Shown here piece by piece: positions 30,142 through 40,578 of a DNA stretch of 64,000 nucleotides. Positions within the stretch are counted from its first letter, which is position 1, and the number at the start of each line of letters is the position of its first letter. Both the position numbers and the translations under genes were made by a program. The notes beneath the pieces are model-generated. The model did not search any database. It was not told the DNA's origin and saw nothing but the letters and a program-made list of their open reading frames with translations. This stretch comes from Nitrospinaceae bacterium (GTDB lineage Bacteria > Nitrospinota > Nitrospinia > Nitrospinales > VA-1): the NCBI GenBank assembly GCA_046754465.1, contig JBHHVU010000003.1, positions 32,001 to 96,000 on the forward strand, read 5' to 3'.

Positions 30142-32274
30142 ATGACCGACCGTTCCAGGAACAAACCCTCGTTGAGCGATCCCCTTCAATACATCAAGGG
30201 AGTGGGACCGAAACGGGCACTCCTTCTCGAAAAACTGGGAATCAGGGATATCGAGGATTGCCTGTATTTTCTCCCCTTCCGTTACGAAGACCGCAGCCGG
30301 GTCAAAAAAATCGCCGAACTGACGCGCGGGGAACAGGTCACCTTTTCCGGCAAAATCGCCGACGCGGGAACTATCCGCATCGGCCGCCGGAAAGAAATCT
30401 TTGAGATCGTTATCCAGGACGGTACGGGAACGATTCGGGCCAAGTGGTTCCAGTTCAATAAACGTTACATGCTGGACCGGTTCCAAACCGGCTCCCTCTG
30501 GATCTTTTCCGGTAAGCCGGATGTGAGCCGCTACGGCGGATCAGGACTGGAACTGGTGCATCCGGATTCCGAACCGGCTACGGGGGAAGGGGATGTCTCC
30601 CTGGAAATGGGCCGCATCCTGCCCGTTTATCACACCACGGAAGGATTGCATTTGAAATCCCTGCGAGTCATCCTTAAAAACGTGGTGGACCGCTACGCGG
30701 ACCTGGCGGAGGAAATTCTGCCGGAGGAAATCGTCCGGCGTCACAGGTTTCCTTCCCGCTCCCAATCCCTTCAATGGACTCACTTCCCGCCCGCGGACGC
30801 ATCCTTTCCAGACCTCAACCGGTTCCACACCCCGGCGCAAAAACGGATCATTTTCGAGGAACTGTTCCTCATCCAGCTGGGCCTAGCTTTCAAGAGAAAG
30901 CACGCCGATCAAACGGTCCGGGGACGGGGCTTCAAAACCCGTGGGTCCCTGATCCGGAAGTTTATCAAACTCCTGAAATTCCAATTGACCCAGGCGCAAA
31001 TCCGGGTATTGGGAGAGATCATGGACGACCTGGAACAGGACCGGCCAATGAACCGGTTGATCCAGGGGGACGTGGGAAGCGGCAAGACAGTGATCGCGTT
31101 GATCTGCCTGCTCACCGCCGTGGAAAACGGCGCCCAGGGCGTCTTCATGGTACCCACGGAAATCCTCGCCGAACAACATTTCCTGAACATTCAACCCTAT
31201 TGTGAATCCCTGGGGCTCCACCTGGAACTCGTCACCAGCGCGGCCAGCGCTAAGGAAAAGAAATCCATCCAGAAAAAGGTCGAGGAAGGAACCACCCATA
31301 TCGCCATCGGGACCCACGCGTTGATTCAAAAAACTTTGCAATTCCACAATCTCGGCTTGGCGGTCATCGACGAACAGCACCGGTTCGGCGTCCTGCAGCG
31401 GGAAGCGATCGGGAAAAAGGGATGGCATCCCCATATCCTGATCATGACGGCGACCCCCATTCCCCGGTCGCTCGCGCTCACCCTTTACGGGGAAATGGAT
31501 GTCTCCCTTCTGGATGAGTTTCCTCCCGGAAGGCAACCCATCACCACCTGTCTCTTTTACGAATCCACCCGCGACCAGGCCTATGACATTTTGCGGAAAG
31601 AAATGGACCAGGGCCGTCAGGCCTACGTGGTCTGTCCCCTGATCGAGGAATCGGAGACCCTGGAATTGAAAACGGCCATGGAGGTCCACGACGATCTGCG
31701 AAACCGGAGATTCCCCGGCCAGAACATCGGCCTGATCCACGGCAAAATGAAAAAAGAGGAACGGCGCAAAATCATGGCGGAGTTTCTGAAGGGAAAAATC
31801 CACGTCCTAGTGGCCACCACCGTGATCGAGGTGGGCATCGACGTGCCCAACGCCACCCTGGTGATCATCGAGCACGCGGAACGGTTCGGGCTTTCCCAGC
31901 TCCACCAGCTTCGGGGCCGGGTGGGACGGGGAAAACACCCCTCCCAATGCCTTTTGATCGCCTACCACCCCCTTTCCGACGAGGCCCAGGCCCGGCTCGA
32001 AGCCATCGGCAAATCCAACGACGGATTCGTCATCGCCGAGGAGGACTTGAAAATCCGCGGGCCGGGGGATTTCATGGGGACGCGTCAGTCGGGGATGCCC
32101 ATTCTGCGGGCCGCCAACCTGCTGCGCGATATCAAGATGCTCGAGTACGCCCGCAAGGAGGCTTTCGCGCTGGTAGACCGGGACCCGCGCCTCACCCGCG
32201 CCGATCACCAAAAACTCAAACAAATCCTGTTACAGCAGATGGGGGATAAGCTGAACCTGATGAACATCATTTGA
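30142..32274 (+). CDS. recG: ATP-dependent DNA helicase RecG
   Basis: IKGVGPKR, GDVGSGKT, DEQHRFG, TATPIPRSL, QLRGRVGRG, RGPGDFMGTRQSG. Confidence 0.98.
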   Translation: MTDRSRNKPSLSDPLQYIKGVGPKRALLLEKLGIRDIEDCLYFLPFRYEDRSRVKKIAELTRGEQVTFSGKIADAGTIRIGRRKEIFEIVIQDGTGTIRAKWFQFNKRYMLDRFQTGSLWIFSGKPDVSRYGGSGLELVHPDSEPATGEGDVSLEMGRILPVYHTTEGLHLKSLRVILKNVVDRYADLAEEILPEEIVRRHRFPSRSQSLQWTHFPPADASFPDLNRFHTPAQKRIIFEELFLIQLGLAFKRKHADQTVRGRGFKTRGSLIRKFIKLLKFQLTQAQIRVLGEIMDDLEQDRPMNRLIQGDVGSGKTVIALICLLTAVENGAQGVFMVPTEILAEQHFLNIQPYCESLGLHLELVTSAASAKEKKSIQKKVEEGTTHIAIGTHALIQKTLQFHNLGLAVIDEQHRFGVLQREAIGKKGWHPHILIMTATPIPRSLALTLYGEMDVSLLDEFPPGRQPITTCLFYESTRDQAYDILRKEMDQGRQAYVVCPLIEESETLELKTAMEVHDDLRNRRFPGQNIGLIHGKMKKEERRKIMAEFLKGKIHVLVATTVIEVGIDVPNATLVIIEHAERFGLSQLHQLRGRVGRGKHPSQCLLIAYHPLSDEAQARLEAIGKSNDGFVIAEEDLKIRGPGDFMGTRQSGMPILRAANLLRDIKMLEYARKEAFALVDRDPRLTRADHQKLKQILLQQMGDKLNLMNII

Positions 32275-32517
32275 TCCTCGCTATGCAATCGGTTTACCCG
32301 CCCTTTTCACAGTTGTAACTTTCTTTTAAAAATTGAACCGTTTTGAGATTGAGTTTTCCTGTGATATTGTGATTGCGATTATGCCGGTTTTGTCGTAATT
32401 CAACTTCAGGGAAGGAAGGGAAACCCAAAGGCCCCCGAGCGGGCCATTCCCGAACGGCGGGACAGATTACAAGAGGAATGTGGACGGGAAAAGTATTGGC
32501 CATGGAGGAAAACGAGA

Positions 32518-33291
32518 ATGAGCACAATTAAAGTTCTGATCATTGATGATGACGAGGATTACATCGTTTTGATAAGAGATTGGCTGGAGGAATCCCCCTG
32601 GAACATTGAGATGGAATCAGCTTCTTCATCCCGGGAAGGAATGGAAAAATTAAATGACGGTGATTTTGACTGCGTGTTGGCCGACTACATCATCCCCGGC
32701 GTCACCGGCCTTGAAGTCCTTAAAACCCTGAAAGATTCGGGAAACCATACCCCCGTTATCATCATGACGGCCTTTGGCGACGAAGGTTGGGGGGAAGAAT
32801 TGATTCAAAAGGGAGCCTTTGATTTTATTTCCAAGGACCATTTGAATCTGGAGGTCCTGCAAGACAAAATAAGCAAGGCCGCCTCGAAAGGAAAACAAAG
32901 AAAGGCTTTGTATGAAGGGAAAATCAGAGCCGGGGAAATCCGCCAACATATGAATTCCCCCGTGTTGAGCATCCCATCGGATTGGAACCTTCAGGAGGTC
33001 ATTCAACAAATCAATTCTCACCGGGTGGGTTCCTTGCTCGTCCGGGAATCCGGAGAATTCGTGGGAATTGTCACCAAAAAGGACTTGATCCGAAAGGTGG
33101 CCGGGAAGAAACTGGATCATGAAACAACAAAAGTGTCCGCCGTCATGACGAAAAGTGTTTTGTCTCTCGACGGCAATACCCCCGCCGCGGACGCCGTAAA
33201 ATTCATGCGTGAGAAAAATATCAAACGGCTGCCGGTGACGGAAGATGGAAAAATCACGGGTATTGTTTCCGTCAGGGATTTGCTGGATTAA
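32518..33291 (+). CDS. Receiver-domain protein with a CBS pair
   Basis: LIIDDD, LAD..IPG..G, MTA, FISK; two CBS domains. Confidence 0.88.
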   Translation: MSTIKVLIIDDDEDYIVLIRDWLEESPWNIEMESASSSREGMEKLNDGDFDCVLADYIIPGVTGLEVLKTLKDSGNHTPVIIMTAFGDEGWGEELIQKGAFDFISKDHLNLEVLQDKISKAASKGKQRKALYEGKIRAGEIRQHMNSPVLSIPSDWNLQEVIQQINSHRVGSLLVRESGEFVGIVTKKDLIRKVAGKKLDHETTKVSAVMTKSVLSLDGNTPAADAVKFMREKNIKRLPVTEDGKITGIVSVRDLLD

Positions 33292-33402
33292 CCGGCCTAT
33301 CGTATGAATCGATTTATAACCGGGCCGTGAATTCCGTTGGAGACTTTCCCCGGCCCGTCACCCCTTGGGGGCTCCCAAGTGTGGGAGAGCGAGACAAATG
33401 AA

Positions 33403-33774
33403 ATGAAAACCACTTTGGGAGACAAAATTCTGATCGCCTTGCTGATCCTCCTGAACGGATTCCTCTTCGTCAGAATGGGAAGCTGGGGGGGCGCCCAAGG
33501 GGACTGGGTGGTGATCGACCTCGACCGTAAGGAAATCGCCCGGCTGCCGCTTTCCGGGGAACGGGTGATCCCGGTGAAGGGCCGGCTGGGAATCACCGAG
33601 GTGGTGATCCACAACGGCCGGGTGCGCATTCGCCACTCTCCGTGCAAAAATAAAATCTGTATCAAGTCGGGGCCGATTCAGTACGCCGACCGCCTGGTCG
33701 CGTGTATCCCCAACCGGGTGGTGGTGCGGATCGCCGGGAAACCCCATCGCGGGTTGGACGCGGTCGTGGGTTGA
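33403..33774 (+). CDS. NusG domain II-like (DUF1312) membrane-anchored protein
   Basis: GDKIL plus TM; SPCKNKICIKSG.I....LVACIPNRVVVRI. Confidence 0.85.
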   Translation: MKTTLGDKILIALLILLNGFLFVRMGSWGGAQGDWVVIDLDRKEIARLPLSGERVIPVKGRLGITEVVIHNGRVRIRHSPCKNKICIKSGPIQYADRLVACIPNRVVVRIAGKPHRGLDAVVG

Positions 33775-33776
33775 CC

Positions 33777-35960
33777 ATGCGGAACCAATCGATCTGGTGG
33801 ACCCTGGTACTCCTGTCGGGATTGAATGAATCCGCCGTTGGAGCGGAAAATCTCACCGCCCGGGAACCCATCCATCACCAGTTGTCGGTGGAACTCGACC
33901 CGGCACGGTCGACCGCCCACATCCGTGACGAATTGACGCTGCACCCGGGAGGGGATGAAAGTCCGGTCCTTTTCCTTGTGCTGAACGGCGGATTCCACCT
34001 GGAAAAAATCGAAATCGTCGAGCCGGAGAACCGGACCGATTTGAATATCTCCCGATCACGGCGGGAAAATCGGGACCCAGCGTTAACCGAGATCGAGATC
34101 CGTAAATCCTCAACGCGGCCCTGGCCCAATCCTCTGAAAATGGTTTGGGAATACAGGGGACCGCTCCCTCATCCCGAACCGCCCTCCCCCCCCGATTCCC
34201 CAACCCCCGGGATCCAGCTTTCCGGCGCCGATTATTTCTACCCGCAAACCTTGATCGAGCCCTCCGAGCCCGGCCTGCTGACCTTTCGGATGATCGTCGG
34301 CCTTCCTCCGGGATGGAAGGCGGTGAGCCAGGGCCGGCGAATGGAGGAACCCGGGGAGGGTCAGCCGGTGACCTGGGAATCGATTCACCCCATGGAGGAA
34401 ATTTTCCTGATCGCCGACCGGTTCGAGGAATTCAGGGAACGGGATGGAGATATTCTTTTATACGCTTTTCTTTTGAAGAAGGATCCCCGTTTGGCGAAAC
34501 GCTATCTGGACGGGGCGAGGAAGTATCTGGCGTTCTTTGAAAAACTGCTGGGCGCCTACCCTTATTACAAATTCGCGCTGGTGGAAAACTCCCGTCAAAC
34601 GGGATACGGGATGCCTTCGTTCACCCTGCTCGGCTCGACCATCATACGGTTCCCGTTCATCCTGAATACGTCTTACCCGCACGAAATTCTACACAACTGG
34701 TGGGGTAACGGCGTCTACATTGATCCCCGGAGCGGCAATTGGTCCGAGGGGCTCACCGCCTACCTCGCCGACCATCTCCTTCAGGAGTTGGACGGTCATG
34801 GCGCGCAATACCGCTTCCGGGAACTGATGAAATACCTGAACTATGTAAACGAATCCAACGACTTTCCCTTAACCGAGTTCAAGTCGCGAACCACCGTGGC
34901 CTCGCAGGCCATCGGGTACGGCAAGATGCTTTTCCTCCTCCATATGGTAAAAACACGGGTGGGCAACGCAGCTTTTCTGCAAGCCGTCCGGAATTTTTAC
35001 GCGAAGCACCGGTTCGGGTTCGCGGGACTGGATGATCTCGCGGCCTCTTTCAGCTCGGCTTCCGGAAAGGACCTGCAAGGTTTTTTCAAGCCATGGATCC
35101 ATCGGACGGGGGCTCCGGTTCTCGAACTGGGAGAGGCCTCCACCGTTTCTCGGGGCGGCCGGTTTCTCCTGCGGATCCTGATTCGGCAAGGGCAGTCCGG
35201 TCCCCCTTTCCCCGTCCCTCTTCCCGTGGCGGTTTGGCTGAAGGGGTCCCTCTCCCCTCGAATCGAAATCCTGAACCTGGAGAAAAAACTCCAAACCTTT
35301 ACCTTGGACCTGCCCCGGGAACCCGGGAAAATCCTCATCGATCCCTACACGGACGTTTTTCGTAAACTAGACAGAAAAGAGGTTCCTCCCAGCATCGGAC
35401 AGACTTACGGATCGGTGAATCCGTCACGGATTTTGCCTTCGGTGGAAGAATTTCCCGACGTCCTCCTGGGGTATTACCAGTTCGCGCAGTCCCTGGTGGA
35501 AAACGCCCCGGTTTCCCGCCCGATCATCAAGGACAGCAAGTTCAGTCCGGTGCCCAAAGGGAGCCTTTGGGTATTTGGCAGGCAGAATGAATTCGCCAGA
35601 CACCTACAACCTCAACTCAAAAATTATGGGGTGCGGATGGAGGCGAAGGGAGTCATCGTGGAAGGCAAAAGCTTTTCATGGGAGGGACACTCTTTTGTAT
35701 TCACCCTGCGGCGTCCGGGCAATCGCGAAGGTTCCGCCACCTGGGTGATCGCCGGGTCCGGGGAATCCATTCCCGGATTGATTCGCAAACTCCCGCACTA
35801 CGGCAACTACGGATTCCTGGTATTCAAGGGAGATGCCCCGGAAAACGTTCTCAAGGGGACCTGGCCGTCCCAGGCCATGGGACGGATGAAAACGTTTTAT
35901 CCGGGCAAATACACCCTTCCCCCTCCCCCGCCACTGGTGGATTTCAAGCCCGGCCCATAA
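33777..35960 (+). CDS. M1-family aminopeptidase (exported)
   Basis: GYGMPSF, HEILHNWWGN, NWSEG, YGK. Confidence 0.9.
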   Translation: MRNQSIWWTLVLLSGLNESAVGAENLTAREPIHHQLSVELDPARSTAHIRDELTLHPGGDESPVLFLVLNGGFHLEKIEIVEPENRTDLNISRSRRENRDPALTEIEIRKSSTRPWPNPLKMVWEYRGPLPHPEPPSPPDSPTPGIQLSGADYFYPQTLIEPSEPGLLTFRMIVGLPPGWKAVSQGRRMEEPGEGQPVTWESIHPMEEIFLIADRFEEFRERDGDILLYAFLLKKDPRLAKRYLDGARKYLAFFEKLLGAYPYYKFALVENSRQTGYGMPSFTLLGSTIIRFPFILNTSYPHEILHNWWGNGVYIDPRSGNWSEGLTAYLADHLLQELDGHGAQYRFRELMKYLNYVNESNDFPLTEFKSRTTVASQAIGYGKMLFLLHMVKTRVGNAAFLQAVRNFYAKHRFGFAGLDDLAASFSSASGKDLQGFFKPWIHRTGAPVLELGEASTVSRGGRFLLRILIRQGQSGPPFPVPLPVAVWLKGSLSPRIEILNLEKKLQTFTLDLPREPGKILIDPYTDVFRKLDRKEVPPSIGQTYGSVNPSRILPSVEEFPDVLLGYYQFAQSLVENAPVSRPIIKDSKFSPVPKGSLWVFGRQNEFARHLQPQLKNYGVRMEAKGVIVEGKSFSWEGHSFVFTLRRPGNREGSATWVIAGSGESIPGLIRKLPHYGNYGFLVFKGDAPENVLKGTWPSQAMGRMKTFYPGKYTLPPPPPLVDFKPGP

Positions 35961-36028
35961 ATCTTCACGTTTGGGGTCCGTACACCGGCTTTGAACACTC
36001 CTGAACCGTCCCGCTGCGGGCTCCGGAT

Positions 36029-36553
36029 TCAAGAGGAAATGTCGGCGATCCTGATTTTAAAAGTCAACGCCTTTCCGGCGAGAGGATGATTTAGATCGAG
36101 AATCACGTATTGAGGCGTCACCTCAGTAATAATGGCCCGGCGATGGCCCCCCTTGGGGTTGGCCACCATGAGCATCATTCCCACCTTAGGGTCTGGCTCG
36201 GGCGGAAGTTCCTTTCTCGCCACTTTTTGCATCAGTTGCGGATTGCGTTCGCCATAGGCCTCCTTGGGTTGCAGAGTGAATTCCTTTTCCTCTCCTTTTT
36301 TCATCCCCATTACGGCGTCATCAAAACCTTTGATCACCCGGCCCGCCCCCACTTCGAAAATCAGCGGAGTTTTGTGTCTGTCCGAACTGTCGAACACTGT
36401 TCCGTCCTTAAACTTCCCTGTATACTCAACCGTCACCTTATCTCCTTTCTTCACCGCCGAACCGGTATCCGCCCCAACCGGAGATATGTAAAAAGTCAAA
36501 ACGGTCACAAGCAAGGCAACCACAAACCCAAAAAGAGCTTTAAAACTCCTCAT
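36029..36553 (-). CDS. FKBP-type PPIase (SlyD/FkpB-like) with N-terminal signal/anchor
   Basis: V.VEYTG..DGTVFDSS, VIKGFD, EAYG, DLNHPLAGKAL.F. Confidence 0.92.
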   Translation of the reverse strand: MRSFKALFGFVVALLVTVLTFYISPVGADTGSAVKKGDKVTVEYTGKFKDGTVFDSSDRHKTPLIFEVGAGRVIKGFDDAVMGMKKGEEKEFTLQPKEAYGERNPQLMQKVARKELPPEPDPKVGMMLMVANPKGGHRRAIITEVTPQYVILDLNHPLAGKALTFKIRIADISS

Positions 36554-36835
36554 TTTTTCCCCCTTTCGTTTAGGGAATTTCATTTTTTTTGGACACGGTA
36601 TCATGTCAGGAAATTTTGTAAATGCCAAAACGTGTAGAACCATTTAATCAGTTAAATAGGGATTGGGAAAAATCTTTTGCGGCCATTCCCGGGTCACTCC
36701 GCCCTTCCTGTTGCCCGCCCGGCGGCCGGGATTCTTGAAATCGATGGACTTCATGGAAAAATTTCGTGTAAACTTTATTTCAGAAAGACGACATGGCGGT
36801 ATCCAACAATATCACCTCTTTTTTCGAGGCGTCCC

Positions 36836-37333
36836 ATGAAAACCGGAAAAACTGAACTTTTCATGACCTATTCGATCAGGATGTTGGTATTTCTGGCGGT
36901 ATTCACAATGTCCCCGTGGGCCGGGGCTTCCGAAAGGGCCGAACTCGATTTATGGAAACACGATCCTTTTATGTACGGAATGTGCGGCCACTGTGGAGAT
37001 TTCATCACCTTCCATGAAAACAAAAACAGGGCCGAGTTCACTGAGTTTTCCCTTTACGACCAGACGGGTTATTATTCCGTTGTTTTGAAAGGACCGGCCG
37101 GTACGGTGGTGACCCTTTACGGGGCCATGAATTTCAAAAAAGAAAAAGGATACCTGATTCTTGTCAAGAAGGATGACGCCCTCGTCCAGATTGAGGATCT
37201 GGAAGCATTTCCACAGGATCGCTGGGTGGATTTTTCTTCCGGCAAGGAGGGGAAAGGCGGTTATTCGGCGTTTTTCAAACCCTATCCCAATTTCAAAAAT
37301 AACATCGCCTCCATCCAATGGGAGAAAAAATAA
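36836..37333 (+). CDS. Exported hypothetical protein, beta/gamma-crystallin-like; paralog of 40575-41096
   Basis: Signal peptide; GPAGTVVTLYG..NF; NFKNNIASIQW; clear similarity to the paralog. Confidence 0.7.
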   Translation: MKTGKTELFMTYSIRMLVFLAVFTMSPWAGASERAELDLWKHDPFMYGMCGHCGDFITFHENKNRAEFTEFSLYDQTGYYSVVLKGPAGTVVTLYGAMNFKKEKGYLILVKKDDALVQIEDLEAFPQDRWVDFSSGKEGKGGYSAFFKPYPNFKNNIASIQWEKK

Positions 37334-37790
37334 TTTCCCGCCGTTATTCGCGGGACGAACTCTACCGACGGGGATGGGGCGACGGGTTAAAAATCTGCAA
37401 CCGTTATACCGGCGGTGCCAATCAGGGTACCGCCCGTTATGACTCCTCCCCGTATTATTTCATTCCTTGATTTATTTCCCTTCGGCCATTATTACGGGTA
37501 CGGCCACCATCACTGACACCAAAGGTCCCCGCCAAGACCCGTTTTCCCACCGGGGTCCTTTTTCATCCCGAATCATTAAAATTAATTAATGTCCGGTTAA
37601 CACCCTTTTAATTTCCAAATAATAAAATAGCTCAACATCTGCATCATCTTTTGGGAGGAAAGGACTTTCAACTCCGTGGGTCTTTTCTCTCCTCCGGTTT
37701 CAGGGAAATGGGGGGAAATCCGGGGGCCTGAAACTCTTAATCTCATATTTTTGTCAAGGACAGGTTATGCAAGGACAGGTAAAAAATGAT

Positions 37791-37949
37791 ATGCGCGTCT
37801 ACGAGGTTAGGGTTTTTGACCGGACGGGAAAATTGAAGAAAGTGATTTCCCAAAAAGCCCTGGTCAAGAGAGCGGATGAGCTTTTCAAATCCCGGATTTC
37901 CCCGCTACGAAACTACCGGGGCCGGCCCCGGTCCCAGGCGGGACACTAG
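37791..37949 (+). CDS. Small basic hypothetical protein (52 aa; alternative start 37767)
   Basis: MRVYEVRVFDRTGKLKKVIS; upstream AAGGA/AGGT RBS-like motifs. Confidence 0.6.
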   Translation: MRVYEVRVFDRTGKLKKVISQKALVKRADELFKSRISPLRNYRGRPRSQAGH

Positions 37950-37993
37950 CGGTAACACCGGCCGGCCGGGGGTGGCATCGGAGGTCCATTTCA

Positions 37994-39694
37994 TCAACGC
38001 AGCCGGTTCAGGACGGCCAGGGTTTCCTGAATGCGGGGCAGGGCGAGAAGGCCATGGTTGCTCGGAGTGGCTGCCTCGAAGCCCTCCTTTTTTATATCCG
38101 CGAAGATGCGTTCCAATCCTTCCCGGTTGGAGGATGTGCCCGTTTCCAGCAGGGTTTTCAGCCGTCTCAGAATCCAGCCGCACATCTCCAATTGTCCCTC
38201 TTCCACCAGCTGTTCCAGGTAGCGCGTATCGACTTCATGGGTCCCCATCGTCAGGGCCAGCAATCGTTGCGTTTGAATCACGCAGTCCTTTTTCCCCCGG
38301 GAAAATTGCAACCGGTTGGGGTCCGTCCGCCGGTGCGTTACCGGAGGAAAGGGGAAGCGGATTTCCCGGCGTCTTTTCACGGGGCTGTCATGAGCGATTT
38401 TTCTGGCGTGCGACGTAACGAGCCGCGGCCGGAACTCTTCCATGGCGATCACGTGGTGGGCGGCATCGAAGTAATCCCCGCTTCCTCCCATCACGAGAAG
38501 GGTGCTCACCCTCAGGGTTTCGTAAATTTCCCCCACCCGGTCAAGGAGCGGAGTGATCGGCTCCAGGGAGGAGGGAATCAACGCCTGCATGCGGGCGTCG
38601 CGGATCATGAAGTTGGTGGCACAAGTATCCTCATCCATCAAAAGAAATTCCGACCCAGACTCGATGGCCTCGAGAATGTTCACCGCCTGGGAGGTGGACC
38701 CGCTGGCAGATTGAGTGGAGAAGTTTTCCGTCGAATCGACGAGGGGAAGACGGTCCATGAACCCGGAAACATTCACTCCGTGGACGGGCCGCCCGTCTTC
38801 GGCGCGGATCTTGACCGCCGAGGGAACGGTGGCGATCCTTTCGCGTCCGTCGCCCGCCACGTGCGGGTAAACCGCCCCCTGGATGGCCCGGAGCAACGTA
38901 CTCTTGCCGTGGAATCCACCGCCAACGATGAGGGTGATTCCGCGGGGAACCGGCATGCCCTCGATCCATCCTCCATGGGGCAGCCGGACACGGGCGGACA
39001 GATCCTCCGGAGCCGAAAAGACGATCCCTCCTTTTTCCAGCGGACAATCACTCACCCCCGACCGGCGGGGCAACAGGGATCCATTGGCCACGAACGCGGC
39101 CCAGCCGTGGTTCTTCAGTTCTTCCTTAAGGGCTTCATAATCCTCCAGGGTGTCCAACGACCGCTGGAGGCTGGATAAATCCAGCGAGGCGGCGAGCAGG
39201 GACCGGACCCAAAGAGGCGCCAGACCCTCGGCGAACAGGCGCAGGCACTCTTTGCCGAGAACCGTCCGGCCTTCGGCGGGCAGTCCGGCAAACAGGATAC
39301 AGGTCAGAGTATTTCCCTGGACCCGAACCGCGTCGCGTTTGAGGACCTTCTGGCCCGGAGCCTGAATCCGGACCACGCCGCTTTTTCCCGATCCGCGAAT
39401 TTTCACCCCGATCCGCCCGATGCCGTCATGAAGAATTCTGAGCAGGTGATCTTCAAACGCGAGCCGCCTCAACTCGGTATCGAAACAGGAAGGGGCAAAC
39501 CCGGCGTCGGACAGGCTCACCTTTACGGAAATCCGGGACGGGAAGGCGAACGGGTCTCCCTGCACATGCTCGAATTTCACCGTAAACGGACCGAACGCGA
39601 ACGATTTCCCCTGCAGGGTTTTGTAGGCCTTGTACCCTTTGCGATCGATTGCCGCCAGGATCTTCTGGAATGAAGCGGGAACTTCAATCTTCAT
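37994..39694 (-). CDS. ABC-class P-loop ATPase (predicted ATPase family, MRB1590-like)
   Basis: Y.AYK.L.G, HVQGDPFA.PS, GGGFHGKST, IRAEDGR, ASGSTSQA, DEDTCATNFMIRD. Confidence 0.9.
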   Translation of the reverse strand: MKIEVPASFQKILAAIDRKGYKAYKTLQGKSFAFGPFTVKFEHVQGDPFAFPSRISVKVSLSDAGFAPSCFDTELRRLAFEDHLLRILHDGIGRIGVKIRGSGKSGVVRIQAPGQKVLKRDAVRVQGNTLTCILFAGLPAEGRTVLGKECLRLFAEGLAPLWVRSLLAASLDLSSLQRSLDTLEDYEALKEELKNHGWAAFVANGSLLPRRSGVSDCPLEKGGIVFSAPEDLSARVRLPHGGWIEGMPVPRGITLIVGGGFHGKSTLLRAIQGAVYPHVAGDGRERIATVPSAVKIRAEDGRPVHGVNVSGFMDRLPLVDSTENFSTQSASGSTSQAVNILEAIESGSEFLLMDEDTCATNFMIRDARMQALIPSSLEPITPLLDRVGEIYETLRVSTLLVMGGSGDYFDAAHHVIAMEEFRPRLVTSHARKIAHDSPVKRRREIRFPFPPVTHRRTDPNRLQFSRGKKDCVIQTQRLLALTMGTHEVDTRYLEQLVEEGQLEMCGWILRRLKTLLETGTSSNREGLERIFADIKKEGFEAATPSNHGLLALPRIQETLAVLNRLR

Positions 39695-40578
39695 TGGGAC
39701 CGTCCGTTGAAACGGCCGGCAAACCCGGCGGCCGAGATGCCGACGGGAAGATACTTTCCGGCAATCTTCGCGATGGTGTCGCGGTAGGACAGATGCACGG
39801 ATGCGGAATCCACCCGGGCCATGGCTTCCGGCAGCCGGGTGTTCCGGGTTCTCGACCCGTCGGGGGTTCCATCGCCCAGTATAAAATGGTCGATCACCAC
39901 CGCCATAATTCCCTCACGGGCCAAACGGGCGAAAAAGGCGTGCGGGTCGCGAAGGGGGTAAAGCGGTGACAGGCAGGCCACAGTGGGGATCCCCCGGCCG
40001 GCCAACGCGCCGAGCGCAGCCACCCGGTCTTCCAGGGAACTGGGCGGAGGGGGCAGACCCGGTAGACGATCCCGGTCCCCCTCAATAGTGACATGCACCC
40101 GCAGGCCGCATTTTTTTGACAAAGAGCAGATCTCTTCGATGTCGTCAAGCAGGGCGGGGCTATGCGTCTGCAGGATCAGGCGGTCGGGAGGAGCCTCCTG
40201 CATGGCCCGGAGCACCTGGCGGGTGATCCTGTATTTCCGCTCGAGGGGCTGCCAGGGATCGGTCGAACTGGAAAAAAATACGGCAAAGGGCCTGGAGCGG
40301 CCATGGGCCCACCGCTTTTCCTTTTCCACGGTCCGGGAATAGACATCCGCGGCGTTTACCTTGACGTCCACGAAGCGTCCCCAATCGCGACCCCGGGTGA
40401 GCCAGGCATTGAAACGAACGTAACATCCCTCACCGCAGGAAGACCGGCCGAACCCGCACCCGACATAGGGATTCAGCGAATGGGAACAGACCTCCTTGAG
40501 ATATCCCGAAACCCGGGTGAGTATGGATTTGCAATGGAAGGAACGAACCTCCATGGATGTTTGAAGGCCCGGGTTCAT
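39691..40578 (-). CDS. SplB/spore-photoproduct-lyase-like radical SAM protein
   Basis: SLNPYVGC, CYV, VKVN, SSSTDPWQP.E...ITR; ATGA overlaps at both ends. Confidence 0.85.
   Translation of the reverse strand: MNPGLQTSMEVRSFHCKSILTRVSGYLKEVCSHSLNPYVGCGFGRSSCGEGCYVRFNAWLTRGRDWGRFVDVKVNAADVYSRTVEKEKRWAHGRSRPFAVFFSSSTDPWQPLERKYRITRQVLRAMQEAPPDRLILQTHSPALLDDIEEICSLSKKCGLRVHVTIEGDRDRLPGLPPPPSSLEDRVAALGALAGRGIPTVACLSPLYPLRDPHAFFARLAREGIMAVVIDHFILGDGTPDGSRTRNTRLPEAMARVDSASVHLSYRDTIAKIAGKYLPVGISAAGFAGRFNGRSQ

Noticed and set aside
36980..37000. CGHC as a heme c attachment site
   Set aside because: It is followed by Gly, not His, so it is not CxxCH.
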